From the NCBI GenBank assembly GCA_963803435.1, contig CAWDML010000009.1, positions 640,001-704,000 on the forward strand: DNA of 64,000 bases, written 5' to 3'. The notes beneath the pieces were generated by a model. The model was not told the origin of the DNA. It saw only the letters and a list, made by a program, of their open reading frames with translations, and searched no databases. Source of the DNA: an uncultured delta proteobacterium (GTDB lineage: Bacteria; Myxococcota; Kuafuiibacteriia; Kuafuiibacteriales; Kuafuiibacteriaceae). How positions within the stretch are numbered: position 1 is the stretch's first letter; each line of letters begins with the position of its first letter. This document shows positions 1 through 11,164 of this stretch, piece by piece. A program made the translations under genes and the position numbers.

Positions 1-558
1 GGCCTGCGTGAGCTGCTCCGCGTGACCTTCGACGCACCCGAGATCTCCGACGAGATGAAGGCGCGGGTCCCCGACGAGGTCTGGCAGGTGGTGCTGAAGG
101 GACTCGAGTGCGAGCCAACCCAGCGCTTCCCGGACGCCACCGCGATGAGCCGCGCGCTCAAGGGGTGCGCCACGTTCGCTCGCGCCGAGGCCGAGGGTGC
201 CGCCGACGTGCGGCGTTGGGCGGCGGAGCAGCATCTCTCCGCGGACGAGGATCTGGAGCACCCGGTGGTGGATCGGGTGGCCGAGGGCGGCGAGGCCGAA
301 GTGGTGATGTGGACCTCCAACGGGGTCCTCAGCTCGCCCGACGTGCCGGAGCCGGAGCTCATCGAGGATCCCGACGATCTCGACGCCCGGGTCCTGACGA
401 TCCCGCCGCTCCCACCCCGGCGCGACTCCGTCCTCGACGGCGCCACCACGGAGGATCTCCGGCGCATGGTGGTAGCGGGTAAGCCAGGATGGCTGTGGCC
501 CGGCATCGGCTTGGGCGTGGCGCTGGTGGCGATGATCTGGCTGCTGTTGCGGATGTGA
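1..558 (+). CDS. Ser/Thr protein kinase, C-terminal fragment with C-terminal TM helix (5' end outside window)
   Basis: Frame is open from base 1. VVLKGLECEPTQRFPDATAMSRAL resembles kinase subdomain XI. Hydrophobic tail WLWPGIGLGVALVAMIWLLL. Confidence 0.65.
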   Translation, partial: GLRELLRVTFDAPEISDEMKARVPDEVWQVVLKGLECEPTQRFPDATAMSRALKGCATFARAEAEGAADVRRWAAEQHLSADEDLEHPVVDRVAEGGEAEVVMWTSNGVLSSPDVPEPELIEDPDDLDARVLTIPPLPPRRDSVLDGATTEDLRRMVVAGKPGWLWPGIGLGVALVAMIWLLLRM

Positions 559-595
559 GCGGCGAACCGGGTTCAGGTAAGATCGCCCCGGACTG

Positions 596-2749
596 TTGAC
601 CGAGAAAAGGCAATCTTTCTCCGTCGATATCACGGGCCTGCTCGAGGCGCTGACCGAGCAGTTCCCGGAGCCGCTCCTCTGTGTCCGCGAGCTGGTGCAA
701 AACGCCGCCGATGCGGGGGCGCAGCGCATCGAGGTCGACGTCGCCTACGACGGCCTCCGCAACCTCCTGCGCCTCTCCGTCCGCGACGACGGCCGCGGCA
801 TGAACGAGAAGGAGGTCGAGGGCTACCTCACCATCGGCTTCTCCGAGAAGGATCCGAAGGCCGATCGCGGTCGCTTCGGCGTCGGCAAGCTCTCGCCCTA
901 CGCCCTGGGCATCGTCCGCATGGTGGTCGAGACCTCGGGCGGCGCGATCACTCACCGCATCATCTTCAACCGCGACGGCAGCGGCACCATCACGCGGCAC
1001 GATGCGCGGCCGCGTGGTACCACGGTCCGCGTCTACAAGGAGTGCGGACGCGATGAGGCCGAGAGCCTGGCCGAGCGTACGTTCGAGCTGGTGCAGGGGA
1101 CCTGCGGGTCCATCCCGATCCCGCTGTTCGTCAACGGCACCCCGGTCAACCGAGACGTCGCGCTGCCGACGATCTACTCGCTCCCGTTCGAGACGGGGAT
1201 GGGCAAGGGCGTGCTCGGGATCGTGTCCGATCCGGTCCACGTGCTGATGGGCGGCGGCATCGTGCTCGAGAACGACGCCCCCATCCTGGGACCCGAGGTC
1301 TCGTACATCCTCGACTCGCCACGCCTCGCGCCGACGCTCTCGCGTAACGCTGTGCGCCGCGACCAAGCCTTCGACGAGATGCTCCGCGCCGCCCGCGCCA
1401 AGCTCCCCGACTTCACGGCGCACGTGGCGCGGCAGCTCCGCGTGCGCACCGATCGGCTCCGGCAGGAGGGCGTACCGGTCGAGCGGGGGCTCGACTCCAA
1501 CGATCGCGCGGCGCTCGAGTGGCTCCGCTCGCTGCTGCTCGAGGAGGAGGAGGCGCCCGATCCCGTGGTGCGGGACGCGCCCGTGCTCGAGACGGCCGAC
1601 GGCGGCCTGGTCTCGTGCAACGAGCTGATCGAGGTCCTGCGCCGCGAGACGCGCGTGCCGATCTCCCGAGTGCCGCGCACGCGCGACGAGATCAGCGCCT
1701 ACGCCGATCGCGGCGTGATGGTGCTCTTGCTCTATCGCGACCTCGAGGACTTCCTCGAGCGGCAAGGGATCGAGCAGGTCGAGGTCGACGGCCTCGACGA
1801 CGGGCTGGAGATCGCGGAGTACCACTGGGGACGCGGCGAGGCGGCCCTGGCGGCGCGTCCCTCGGTCCTCCGGCCGGCCTATCTGCGTCCGCTCACCTTC
1901 GCCGCGGCCACTGCCTTCGCGGTGGCCCTCGCGATGGTCGCGATCCAGCTCCGCCCGAGCGCGCCCCCGAACGCGCCGCCCTCCGCCGTCGCGCGGGCGC
2001 CCGAACCGGCGAAAGAGGTCGCGGCCGGACCCGCCGCCGATCCTGCGCCGCCCGTCGTGGTTGCGCCGCCATCCGAGCGCACCGCCGATCTGGTGCACGT
2101 TCCTCGGCACCCGGGTCCCAAGAACAAGCTGCTGGTGATGCTGGCCGCGATCGTCGCCGCGCTCTCGGCGGCCGCCGGATGCGCGATGATCTACTTCACC
2201 TTCGCCGCCCGAAAGCGGGCCACCGCCAGCTGGCTCCGCGCGGAGGCCGGCGCGCCGCTGACGGTGGGCGAGAGCCGCAAGCGTCGCTTCAACGTCTGGA
2301 GCCGGGCGCTGCTCCACCCGATCGACTTCTTCGTGGCCCGCGGCTGGTCGGTGCGCGCCTCCGGTCCCAAGCCGCTCGCGGCGTCCGCCTCGATCAAGGG
2401 CTATCGCGAGCTGGCGCCGGAGACGCCGATCCGCTCGGGCGTCAGGCTCGATCTCGATCGCGTGAAGATCGGCTTCGTCGATCTGGTGTCGCAGAGCGGT
2501 GATCCCCATGACGGCCGGACCTTGATCCGGCGTCAGGACCGGGTGCTGCTCAACCGCAACCACCCGACCGTCCGCGATCTCATCACGATCGCGGAGCTCG
2601 ACGAGCGCCGCGCGCGGTTGTTGCTCGACGTGCTCTTGGCGACGGACGCGGAGCTGTCGAAGGGCACCGATCCGCGGCAGGTCGAGTGGGATCTCCTGGG
2701 ACGCGCCGAAGGCTCGCTCCGCTCGGGCCGCAGGAAGAGGCCGGTGTGA
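596..2749 (+). CDS. Hsp90/HtpG-like GHKL ATPase with two TM helices
   Basis: GHKL motifs RELVQNAADA, DDGRGM, GRFGVGKLS and GTTV. Two hydrophobic segments (LTFAAATAFAVALAMVAIQL; LLVMLAAIVAALSAAAGCAMIYFTF). HtpG-like C-terminal LNRNHP. Confidence 0.8.
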   Translation: MTEKRQSFSVDITGLLEALTEQFPEPLLCVRELVQNAADAGAQRIEVDVAYDGLRNLLRLSVRDDGRGMNEKEVEGYLTIGFSEKDPKADRGRFGVGKLSPYALGIVRMVVETSGGAITHRIIFNRDGSGTITRHDARPRGTTVRVYKECGRDEAESLAERTFELVQGTCGSIPIPLFVNGTPVNRDVALPTIYSLPFETGMGKGVLGIVSDPVHVLMGGGIVLENDAPILGPEVSYILDSPRLAPTLSRNAVRRDQAFDEMLRAARAKLPDFTAHVARQLRVRTDRLRQEGVPVERGLDSNDRAALEWLRSLLLEEEEAPDPVVRDAPVLETADGGLVSCNELIEVLRRETRVPISRVPRTRDEISAYADRGVMVLLLYRDLEDFLERQGIEQVEVDGLDDGLEIAEYHWGRGEAALAARPSVLRPAYLRPLTFAAATAFAVALAMVAIQLRPSAPPNAPPSAVARAPEPAKEVAAGPAADPAPPVVVAPPSERTADLVHVPRHPGPKNKLLVMLAAIVAALSAAAGCAMIYFTFAARKRATASWLRAEAGAPLTVGESRKRRFNVWSRALLHPIDFFVARGWSVRASGPKPLAASASIKGYRELAPETPIRSGVRLDLDRVKIGFVDLVSQSGDPHDGRTLIRRQDRVLLNRNHPTVRDLITIAELDERRARLLLDVLLATDAELSKGTDPRQVEWDLLGRAEGSLRSGRRKRPV

Positions 2750-4765
2750 GCGGCTCGGACCCGAGCGAACCGGACGAGCCGACGCCGGACGAGTTGGCGA
2801 CGACCGCCGACCAGACCGAGCCCGAGGTGGAGCCGCCGCCTTCGACCCTGGTGTTCCCCAGACCGCACGACCCCCGATCTCCGGAGGATCTCCCGAGCGA
2901 TCTGTTCGAGCGGATCGACGTTTCGAGCGCGCGGGTGGCCACGGCGCATCCGAGCGGGTCGACGCAGATCGAGCCCAAGCGCCGTCCCCTCTATCGCGCC
3001 GACCCGGACCGCGTGCTGCGCGTGCTCTCGGCGAACCAGTTCGAAGACCCGTTCCTGGCGTTCCGCGAGCTCTACGCGAACGCGCTCGACGCGGTGCGTG
3101 GCAAGAAGAGCCCGTTCATCGATCTGCGCGTCGCCTCCGACCGGGTCGTGGTCGAGGACAACGGCACCGGCCTCGACGACGGCGGCCTGGAGGCCCTCAC
3201 CACCCTCGGGATGTCGACGCGCCGGGGGCAGGACGCGATCGGACGCTTCGGGATCGGCTTTGCCTCCATCTTCGATCCGCAGCTCGGGATCGGACGCGTC
3301 GAGTTTCAGGCGGCGCGGTACGGTCAGGACGAAGGCGTCCGGATCCGCTTCAACCCCGACGTCAGCGGCGGCGTATCGATCCAGGTCGACAGCGCGCCCA
3401 GGCCCAAGAACGGCGGGAGCCGCGTGGAGATCTACTTCGATCCGGCGCGCGCGCCCGAAGATCGCGTCGCGCGCGTGATCGCCGTGTTCGAGACCCACGC
3501 CGCCTATTCGGGTGTCGAGACCGAGCTCAACAGCCGGCTGCTGGGGAGGGATCTCGCCGACTACATCAAGACCGAGATCAAGGATGGCGAGTGGAGCAAC
3601 GTCGAGCGGTCGTTGATCGCGGCCACCGCGGTGCGGGGCCCGGTCGGCGTGGCCGCGATCGATCCATCGCGCTCCGAGTCGAAGTTCCGCGCCTATCAGC
3701 GCGGCCTCTACGTCTGCGAGATCCCGCTCAACCGCGTCCAGGGCAAGCCGTGGCCCCGGGGCGTCTTCGGCGCCGTCCACGCGGAGGGTCTCGACCTGGT
3801 GGCGAGCCGCAACGCCTTCGTGGAGAACGAGCTGTTCGAGCGCTTCCAGGAGGAGCTACGGCGGCTCGCCTACGAGGCCGCCTATCGCGTGGTCCGCTAC
3901 TACGAGCAGATCAACGACGCGTACGCGCGCATCGTGCTGCTCGACGCCATCCGCCGAGGGCTGAGGAGCACCACGCCCGAGGGCATGCTCGCAGAATCGG
4001 ACGATCTGTTCAGCAAGGCGGTGGTGCGCTCGCCGCTGTTTCGGGCCTGGGGCACCAGGAAGACGTACTCGTTCGAGGAGCTGGTCGCGTTCAAGCAGCA
4101 GGACAAGTTCCGGGCGTTGGCGTACCGGCCGGCCTGGCGCGATCGCGAGGACGGTCCGATCATGCGCGCCGACGACTCGATCGAGCGCGACATCTTCCGC
4201 AAGCTCTCCGGTCTTCGCGACATGCCCGCGGCCGCGCGCGCCGAGGAGATTGCGCGGCCGTCGCTCCTGTCGCGGCTGCGCGACAAGCTCATGTCGGGAC
4301 CGCGCGCGGAGTACTCGCTGTTTCAGCGACCGGTCGACGTCCACCGCGTCGACGCGGGGACGCGCCGGATTGTCGAGGCGCTCCAGGAGTTTCTCGGTCG
4401 ACGAAGAGGTGAGCGAGGCGCTGGCCCGCTTGCTGCCCGGCCCGCTGCCGACGCTCAGCTTCGGCGTGTCGCGGAACGCGTTCGGACCGGTGGCCGCCTA
4501 TCGCATGGGTGAGATCCGCTTCAACGTGGCGCATCGTGCGGTGCGCCGGCTGTCCAAGCAGTCGAACCCAGAGCTTGGCGCACGCGCGCTGTTGCCGGTG
4601 CTCGCGCACGAGCTCGCGCACATGTGCCACGAGCTCCACGATCTCGATTTCTATCGGACCAGCCGGGCGATCCTCCGCGCGCTGGCCACCGCCGCCGCCA
4701 AGGTCGATGCCCGGAGCCTCGAGCTCGAGACCATGGGTGTCCGACTCGCGCCCGAGCCGAGCTGA
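2746..4765 (+). CDS. Second Hsp90/GHKL-like ATPase with C-terminal HExxH domain; frameshift near 4397
   Basis: GTG start overlaps the upstream TGA. Motifs RELYANALDA, EDNGTG, GRFGIGFAS. Continues in ORF 4250..4765 (VDEEVSEAL...IRFNVAH...HELAHMCHELHDLDFY). Confidence 0.72.
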
Positions 4766-6465
4766 TGATCGACGAGACCGCGTCCGAGCCCGTGAAGCGC
4801 CGGTTGCGGGAAGCGATGGGCCTGCCGCCCGACGGCGACGGGGCTCTCCCGACCGTTCCCCTCCGCTTCGTGGGTCCGGGCCGGACGCGGGCGCTTGCCG
4901 GCCGGGGTCGGATCACGCTTGAGGACGGCGCGGTGCGTTCGGTCGAGGGTGCGCTGCCGGACGATCTGCCGATTGGTTATCACCGGCTCGAGATGGACGG
5001 CGGGGGTGAGCCGATCCGCCTCTTCGTCACCCCCCGCGCCTGCGTGCTCCCGGCGCGCCGGCTGTCGGGCCTGGCGGCGCAGCTCTACGCGGCCCGCTCC
5101 CGGCGGTCCTGGGGATCGGCGATTCTCGGCGACCTTTCGCGGCTGTTCGAGGTGATGGGGCGGACGCTGGGCATGGACACCGTGCTCGCGAACCCGCTCT
5201 GCGCGGTGCCGCCGATCCACCCGCAGGAGTCGAGCCCCTACTCCCCGTCGAGTCGACGCTACCTCAACCCGCTCTACCTCTCCATCACCGACGTGCCGGG
5301 CGCGCGCGAGGTCCTCGACCTGGAGGCGCTCTCGGCGAAGGGTCGCGCGCTGTCGGAGGCGCGGATGATTGATCGCGACGCCGTCTACTCGCTGAAGATG
5401 TCGGCGCTCGAGGAGGTCTGGCGCACGCGCCCGCGGGCGGTCGAGCCCGACGCCTCGCTGGTGCGCTTCGCCGTCTACTCGACGCTGGCCGAGCAGCTCG
5501 GCCCCGACTGGCGGCGCTGGCCGGAGGGCCTCCGCCGGATGGACACCGGCGCGGTCGACCGGGTTCGCGCCGAGCAGCCCGGGCGGGTCGACTTCTTCGC
5601 CTGGCTGCAGGTCGAGCTCGATCGACAGCTCGGGGCGGCCGCCCGGGCCGGCACGCTGATCCTCGATCTCCCGATCGGCTTTCGGAGCGACGGCGCCGAC
5701 GCGTGGGAGTGGCAGGACCTCCTCGCGAGCGGAGCGTCGATCGGCGCCCCGCCGGATGCCTTCAACGAGGAGGGCCAGGACTGGGGCCTGCCGCCCTTCG
5801 TCCCGCACCAGCTCCGGGCCGCGTTCTACCAGCCTTTCATCCAGACGCTGCGGGCCGCCTTCGCGCATGCCGGCGGGCTCCGGATCGATCACGTGATGGG
5901 TCTGTTCAGGCTCTACTGGGTCCCGCACGGCGCGGACGCGCGAAGCGGCGCCTACGTCCGGTTCCAGGCCGACGAGATGCTCGACATCCTCGCGATCGAG
6001 AGCCACCGCGCGGGGGCCTTCGTGATCGGCGAGGACCTCGGGACGGTCGAGCCCGGCGTCCGCGAGGTACTCCACGATCGCAACGTGTTGTCGTGCCGCC
6101 TCCTCTGGTTCGAGCCGGAGGCGCCGGAGCGATGGCCGGTGCGAGCGCTGGCCTCGATCACCACGCACGATCTTCCCACTATCGCCGGGATCTGGACCGG
6201 CGCCGATCCGGTCCCCGAGCTTCGGGATCGGCTGCGCGACTGGGGCGGGATTCCGGACGACGCTCCGGTGGAGCGCGCGGTCGAAGCTGCCGCCGATCTA
6301 TTGAAACGAAGCCCATCGCTCGTGGTGATGATGCAGCTCGAGGACGCCTTCTTGGTGTCCGAACGACCGAACGTCCCCGGGACGATCGATCGCCCGAATT
6401 GGTGCTTGGCCTTGCCGGAGCCGATCGAAGCGTTGGGTGACGGAAACCCCTTGCAGTCCGGGTGA
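4765..6465 (+). CDS. malQ: 4-alpha-glucanotransferase (amylomaltase, GH77)
   Basis: SPYSPSSR, GAPPDAF, GQDWGLP, and catalytic RIDH, GEDLG and THD. ATG overlaps the upstream TGA. Confidence 0.92.
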   Translation: MIDETASEPVKRRLREAMGLPPDGDGALPTVPLRFVGPGRTRALAGRGRITLEDGAVRSVEGALPDDLPIGYHRLEMDGGGEPIRLFVTPRACVLPARRLSGLAAQLYAARSRRSWGSAILGDLSRLFEVMGRTLGMDTVLANPLCAVPPIHPQESSPYSPSSRRYLNPLYLSITDVPGAREVLDLEALSAKGRALSEARMIDRDAVYSLKMSALEEVWRTRPRAVEPDASLVRFAVYSTLAEQLGPDWRRWPEGLRRMDTGAVDRVRAEQPGRVDFFAWLQVELDRQLGAAARAGTLILDLPIGFRSDGADAWEWQDLLASGASIGAPPDAFNEEGQDWGLPPFVPHQLRAAFYQPFIQTLRAAFAHAGGLRIDHVMGLFRLYWVPHGADARSGAYVRFQADEMLDILAIESHRAGAFVIGEDLGTVEPGVREVLHDRNVLSCRLLWFEPEAPERWPVRALASITTHDLPTIAGIWTGADPVPELRDRLRDWGGIPDDAPVERAVEAAADLLKRSPSLVVMMQLEDAFLVSERPNVPGTIDRPNWCLALPEPIEALGDGNPLQSG

Positions 6466-6487
6466 TTTGAGGCGAGGGTGCCGGCCG

Positions 6488-8125
6488 ATGGCCACCGTGA
6501 CAATCGACGGGAAGGCGATCGAGTTCCAGCCCGGGACGACCATCATCCGGGCCGCGCTCGATCACGGGATCGACATCCCATACTACTGTTGGCACCCGCA
6601 GGCTCTCGATCGCGGCGAACTGCCGGATGTGCCTGGTCGAGGTGGAGAAGGCGCCCAAGCTGCTGCCGGCCTGCGAGGTCCAATGCCGCGACGGAATGGT
6701 GGTCGCACACGCGGTCCCAGAAGGCCCTCGAGTCGCGCTCGGCCGTCATGGAGTTCCTCCTGATCAACCACCCGATCGACTGCCCGATCTGCGATCAGGC
6801 CGGCGAGTGCAAGCTGCAGGACTACTACATGAAGCACGATCGGAGCGGCACGCGCTTCGACGAGATCAAGGTCCCGAAGAAGAAGGCCGTCCCGCTCGGG
6901 CCCGACCGTCATTCTCGACGAGGAGAGGTGCATCAACTGCACGCGCTGCGTCCGCTTCATGGACGAGGTCGCGCACAACCCTCTGCTCGGACAGTTCGAG
7001 CGCGGTGATCGCGCCGTGATCGGGACCTTCCCGGGCAAGCCCCTCGAGGATCCGTACTCGGCCAACGTGGTGGACATCTGCCCGGTGGGTGCGCTGACCA
7101 GTCGTGACTTCCGCTTCAAGGTGCGGAGCTGGTTCCTCAAGTCGACCAACAGCGTCTGCCCCGGCTGCGCCCGCGGCTGCAACACGATCGTCGACCACTA
7201 CAACAACGAGATCCAGCGGATGCGGGCCCGCGACAACGACCAGGTCAACCAGGGTTGGCTCTGCGACGCCGGCCGCGCCACCTACAAAGACGTGCACGAT
7301 CCCGAGCGGCAGGTCTCGGTGCCGCACCTCAGGAACGCCGACGGCGTGCTCGCTCCGATCTCCTGGGACGAGGCGCGTCTCCGCTTGGCCGAGATCCTCT
7401 CCTCGTACGTCGGCGAGACCGACGGCACGCTGGGGCTGACCCTCTCTGCGGGCCTCACCACCGAGGGCGTCACGGCGTTCGTGGAGCTGGCGGAGCAGGT
7501 CCTCCAGGTGGACACGTATGCGATCCTGGGCCGCCCCGACTGGGAGGGCGACAACTTCCTGCGCGTCCCCGATCGCAACCCGAACCGGGCGGGTGCCGAG
7601 CTCGTGCTCGAGGCGTACTCGATCTTCGACGAGGGCGCCGAGCTGCTCCGCCGCGGCCTGGAGAACAAGAGCGTGCGAACGCTGCTGATGGTCGGCGCCG
7701 ACGCCCTCGAGCCTGACGAGGCCTGGTTGAAGGCGCTCTCGGGCGCGACCGTCGTCGCCTTCACCTCCAGCTGGAGCGAAGCCGCGCGCAACGCTGCGCT
7801 GGTCCTTCCGCTCGCCAGCTATGCGGAGCAGGACGGCACCTTCGTGAACGTGCAGGGGCGCATGCAGCGCGTGAACAAGGCGCTCGACCCCATCGAGGGG
7901 CGCAAGACCGAGATCGACGCGGCGGCCTTCGTCGCGGAGTCGCTGGGCGCGCGCGCGTGGAAGATCCGGAGCTGGGTCGGTGCCTTCAACGAGCTCAAGA
8001 AGCACACGGACCTCCTGAAGAACGTGAAGCCGCTCGAGCTCGGTCCGTGGGGGATCGTGCTCGAATCGGAAGAGCTGAAGCCGCGGCCCGCCGCCGAGGC
8101 CGAGGCCGCGCGCGCCGGAGCGTGA
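6488..8125 (+). CDS. nuoG: NADH-quinone oxidoreductase subunit G-like (2Fe-2S/4Fe-4S, molybdopterin-fold); three apparent frameshifts near 6600, 6706 and 6900
   Basis: Pieces in successive frames: IPYYCWHP / NCRMCLVE..PAC / HPIDCPICDQAGEC / RCINCTRCVRF, then DICPVGALT and CPGCARGC. Lies directly before nuoH. Confidence 0.85.
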
Positions 8126-8134
8126 GGAGAGGCC

Positions 8135-9226
<1,092 letters not shown>

Positions 9227-9234
9227 GGTAGCCG

Positions 9235-9873
9235 ATGTCAGAGCCGACGAACAAACCTCCGCGCATCGGGATCAAGCGGGTCTCCCGCGAGGTCAACACG
9301 ACGGACCGCATGTTCGTCCCAGGCATCGCCGCCGGCCTGGGCGCGACCGTGAAGCACTTCGTCAAGAACGTCTTCGGGACGAAGAAGGTAAAGTACACGC
9401 AGACGATCCAGTACCCCGACGTGAAGGTGGAGTATCCGCACCGCTTTCGCGGGATGCATCGCCTGGTCCCGCGCGAGGACGGCGGACCGCGCTGCGTCGC
9501 CTGCTTCATGTGTCAGACGGCCTGTCCTGCGCGCTGCATCCACATCGTGGCGGGCGAGACCGACGACACTCGGATCGAGAAGTATCCGGTCATCTTCGAG
9601 ATCGATGAGCTCCGCTGCGTGGTGTGTGGTCTCTGCGTCGAGGCGTGCCCGTGTGACGCCATCCGGATGGACACCGGCTTCCATCCCAAGCCGGTTTACA
9701 GCCGCGAGGACGCCGACTTCGGTAAGGCGGATCTGCTGGGCATCCTGGGTCGCGAGGAGAAGGGTCGCGCCGAGCGCAGCCAGGCCAAGCCGCCACCCAC
9801 GGCGGCCGGGACCGGTCGCGTCGATCGCGCCCACGGCGATCGCGGCGCGGGCGGCTCGAGCGGTGGCTACTGA
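9235..9873 (+). CDS. nuoI: NADH-quinone oxidoreductase subunit I
   Basis: TIQYP, RFRG and two CxxCxxCxxxCP ferredoxin motifs. Confidence 0.93.
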   Translation: MSEPTNKPPRIGIKRVSREVNTTDRMFVPGIAAGLGATVKHFVKNVFGTKKVKYTQTIQYPDVKVEYPHRFRGMHRLVPREDGGPRCVACFMCQTACPARCIHIVAGETDDTRIEKYPVIFEIDELRCVVCGLCVEACPCDAIRMDTGFHPKPVYSREDADFGKADLLGILGREEKGRAERSQAKPPPTAAGTGRVDRAHGDRGAGGSSGGY

Positions 9874-10291
9874 CGAGCTCCGGCTCTCGGGGAGCCTCGC
9901 GATCCCGGCGTCCGAGCTCGCGGTCGAGTATGCGCGCTCGGGCGGGCCCGGCGGGCAGCACGTCAACAAGACCGAGACCAAGGTGACGCTGCGGCTCGAC
10001 GTGCCCGCGTCCTCGCTCCCCGATCATGTGAAGGCCAAGCTGATGGTGCGGCTGGCGCCGCGGCTCACCAAGAACGGCGAGCTCCTCGTCTCCTGCGACG
10101 AGCACCGCGAGCGGCCGCGCAACCTCGAGAAGGCGCGCGAGCGGTTGATCGAGATCCTGAAGCAGGCGCTGGTCGAGCCGAAGAAGCGCAAGCCGACCAA
10201 GCCGAGCCGCGGCGCCAAGGCCCGCCGTCTGTCCGAGAAGAAGCGCACCTCCGAGAAGAAGCAGACCCGCGGGCGGGTTCGAGACGACTAG
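9863..10291 (+). CDS. arfB: Alternative ribosome-rescue peptidyl-tRNA hydrolase ArfB
   Basis: RSGGPGGQHVNKTETKV (GGQ motif) and a basic C-terminal tail KPTKPS..RRLSEKK. Confidence 0.92.
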   Translation: MATDELRLSGSLAIPASELAVEYARSGGPGGQHVNKTETKVTLRLDVPASSLPDHVKAKLMVRLAPRLTKNGELLVSCDEHRERPRNLEKARERLIEILKQALVEPKKRKPTKPSRGAKARRLSEKKRTSEKKQTRGRVRDD

Positions 10292-10297
10292 GCCCCG

Positions 10298-11143
10298 ATG
10301 TCCTCCCCTGCCGACTACGAGATCCGGGTCTTGGGCGCGCCGCGCACGCCGGTCCGGGACTTCTACTTCGCGCTCCGGCGACTCAACTGGCCGCTGACCG
10401 TCGCGGTCATCGCCGGCGGCTACCTGGTCCTCAACGCGCTCTTCGCGTTCGCATACCTGGCCGTGGGCGGGATCGAGCCGGCCGCGCGCTCGGGCTCGTG
10501 GAGCGCCGCCTTCTTCTTCAGCGTGCAGACCATGGGGACGATCGGCTACGGGGCGATGTGGCCCTCCACCTCCACGGCCAACGTGCTGGTGGTGGTGGAG
10601 TCCGTGGTGTCGCTGGTGTTCACGGCGCTCTCGACCGGCCTGGTCTTCGCCAAGTTCTCGCTGCCGTCCGCGCGGCTGATGTTCTCTCGCGAGGCCACGA
10701 TCTCGAAGATGGACGGCGCGCCCACGCTGGCGTTCCGGGTGGGCAACCTGCGGAGCAACCGGATCGTCGAAGCGGCGGTGCGGGTCGCGATGGTCCGGAC
10801 CGAGCGAACAGCGGAGGGCAAGACCTTCTATCGCATGCTCGACCTACCGCTGGTCAGGGAACGGATCCTCTCCCTGTCGCGGTCGTGGAGCGTCCTGCAC
10901 GTGATCGACGAACGGAGCCCTCTGTTCGGCGAGACTGCCCGCTCGCTCGAGGAGAAGGAGGCGGAGGTCCTGATCTCGATCGTGGGGATCGACGATCTCT
11001 GGATGCAGAACGTCCATGCCACGCATCGATACCTCCACACCGAGATCGCGTGGGGCATGCGCCATACCGACATTCTGTCGGACGACGGTAAGGCATTGAT
11101 CCTCGATCTCCGTCGCTTCCATGATCTGGAGCCAGCCGACTGA
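10298..11143 (+). CDS. Inward-rectifier K+ channel (KirBac family)
   Basis: FFFSVQTMGTIGYG selectivity filter, GLVFAKFS, and a Kir-type cytoplasmic domain (HVIDERSPL). Confidence 0.92.
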   Translation: MSSPADYEIRVLGAPRTPVRDFYFALRRLNWPLTVAVIAGGYLVLNALFAFAYLAVGGIEPAARSGSWSAAFFFSVQTMGTIGYGAMWPSTSTANVLVVVESVVSLVFTALSTGLVFAKFSLPSARLMFSREATISKMDGAPTLAFRVGNLRSNRIVEAAVRVAMVRTERTAEGKTFYRMLDLPLVRERILSLSRSWSVLHVIDERSPLFGETARSLEEKEAEVLISIVGIDDLWMQNVHATHRYLHTEIAWGMRHTDILSDDGKALILDLRRFHDLEPAD

Positions 11144-11164
11144 CGGCCATGGTATGGGTTCGGC

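Noticed and set aside
6590-6910. Programmed frameshifting in nuoG
   Set aside because: Three shifts in about 300 bp with no slippery heptamers; sequencing error is the simpler explanation.
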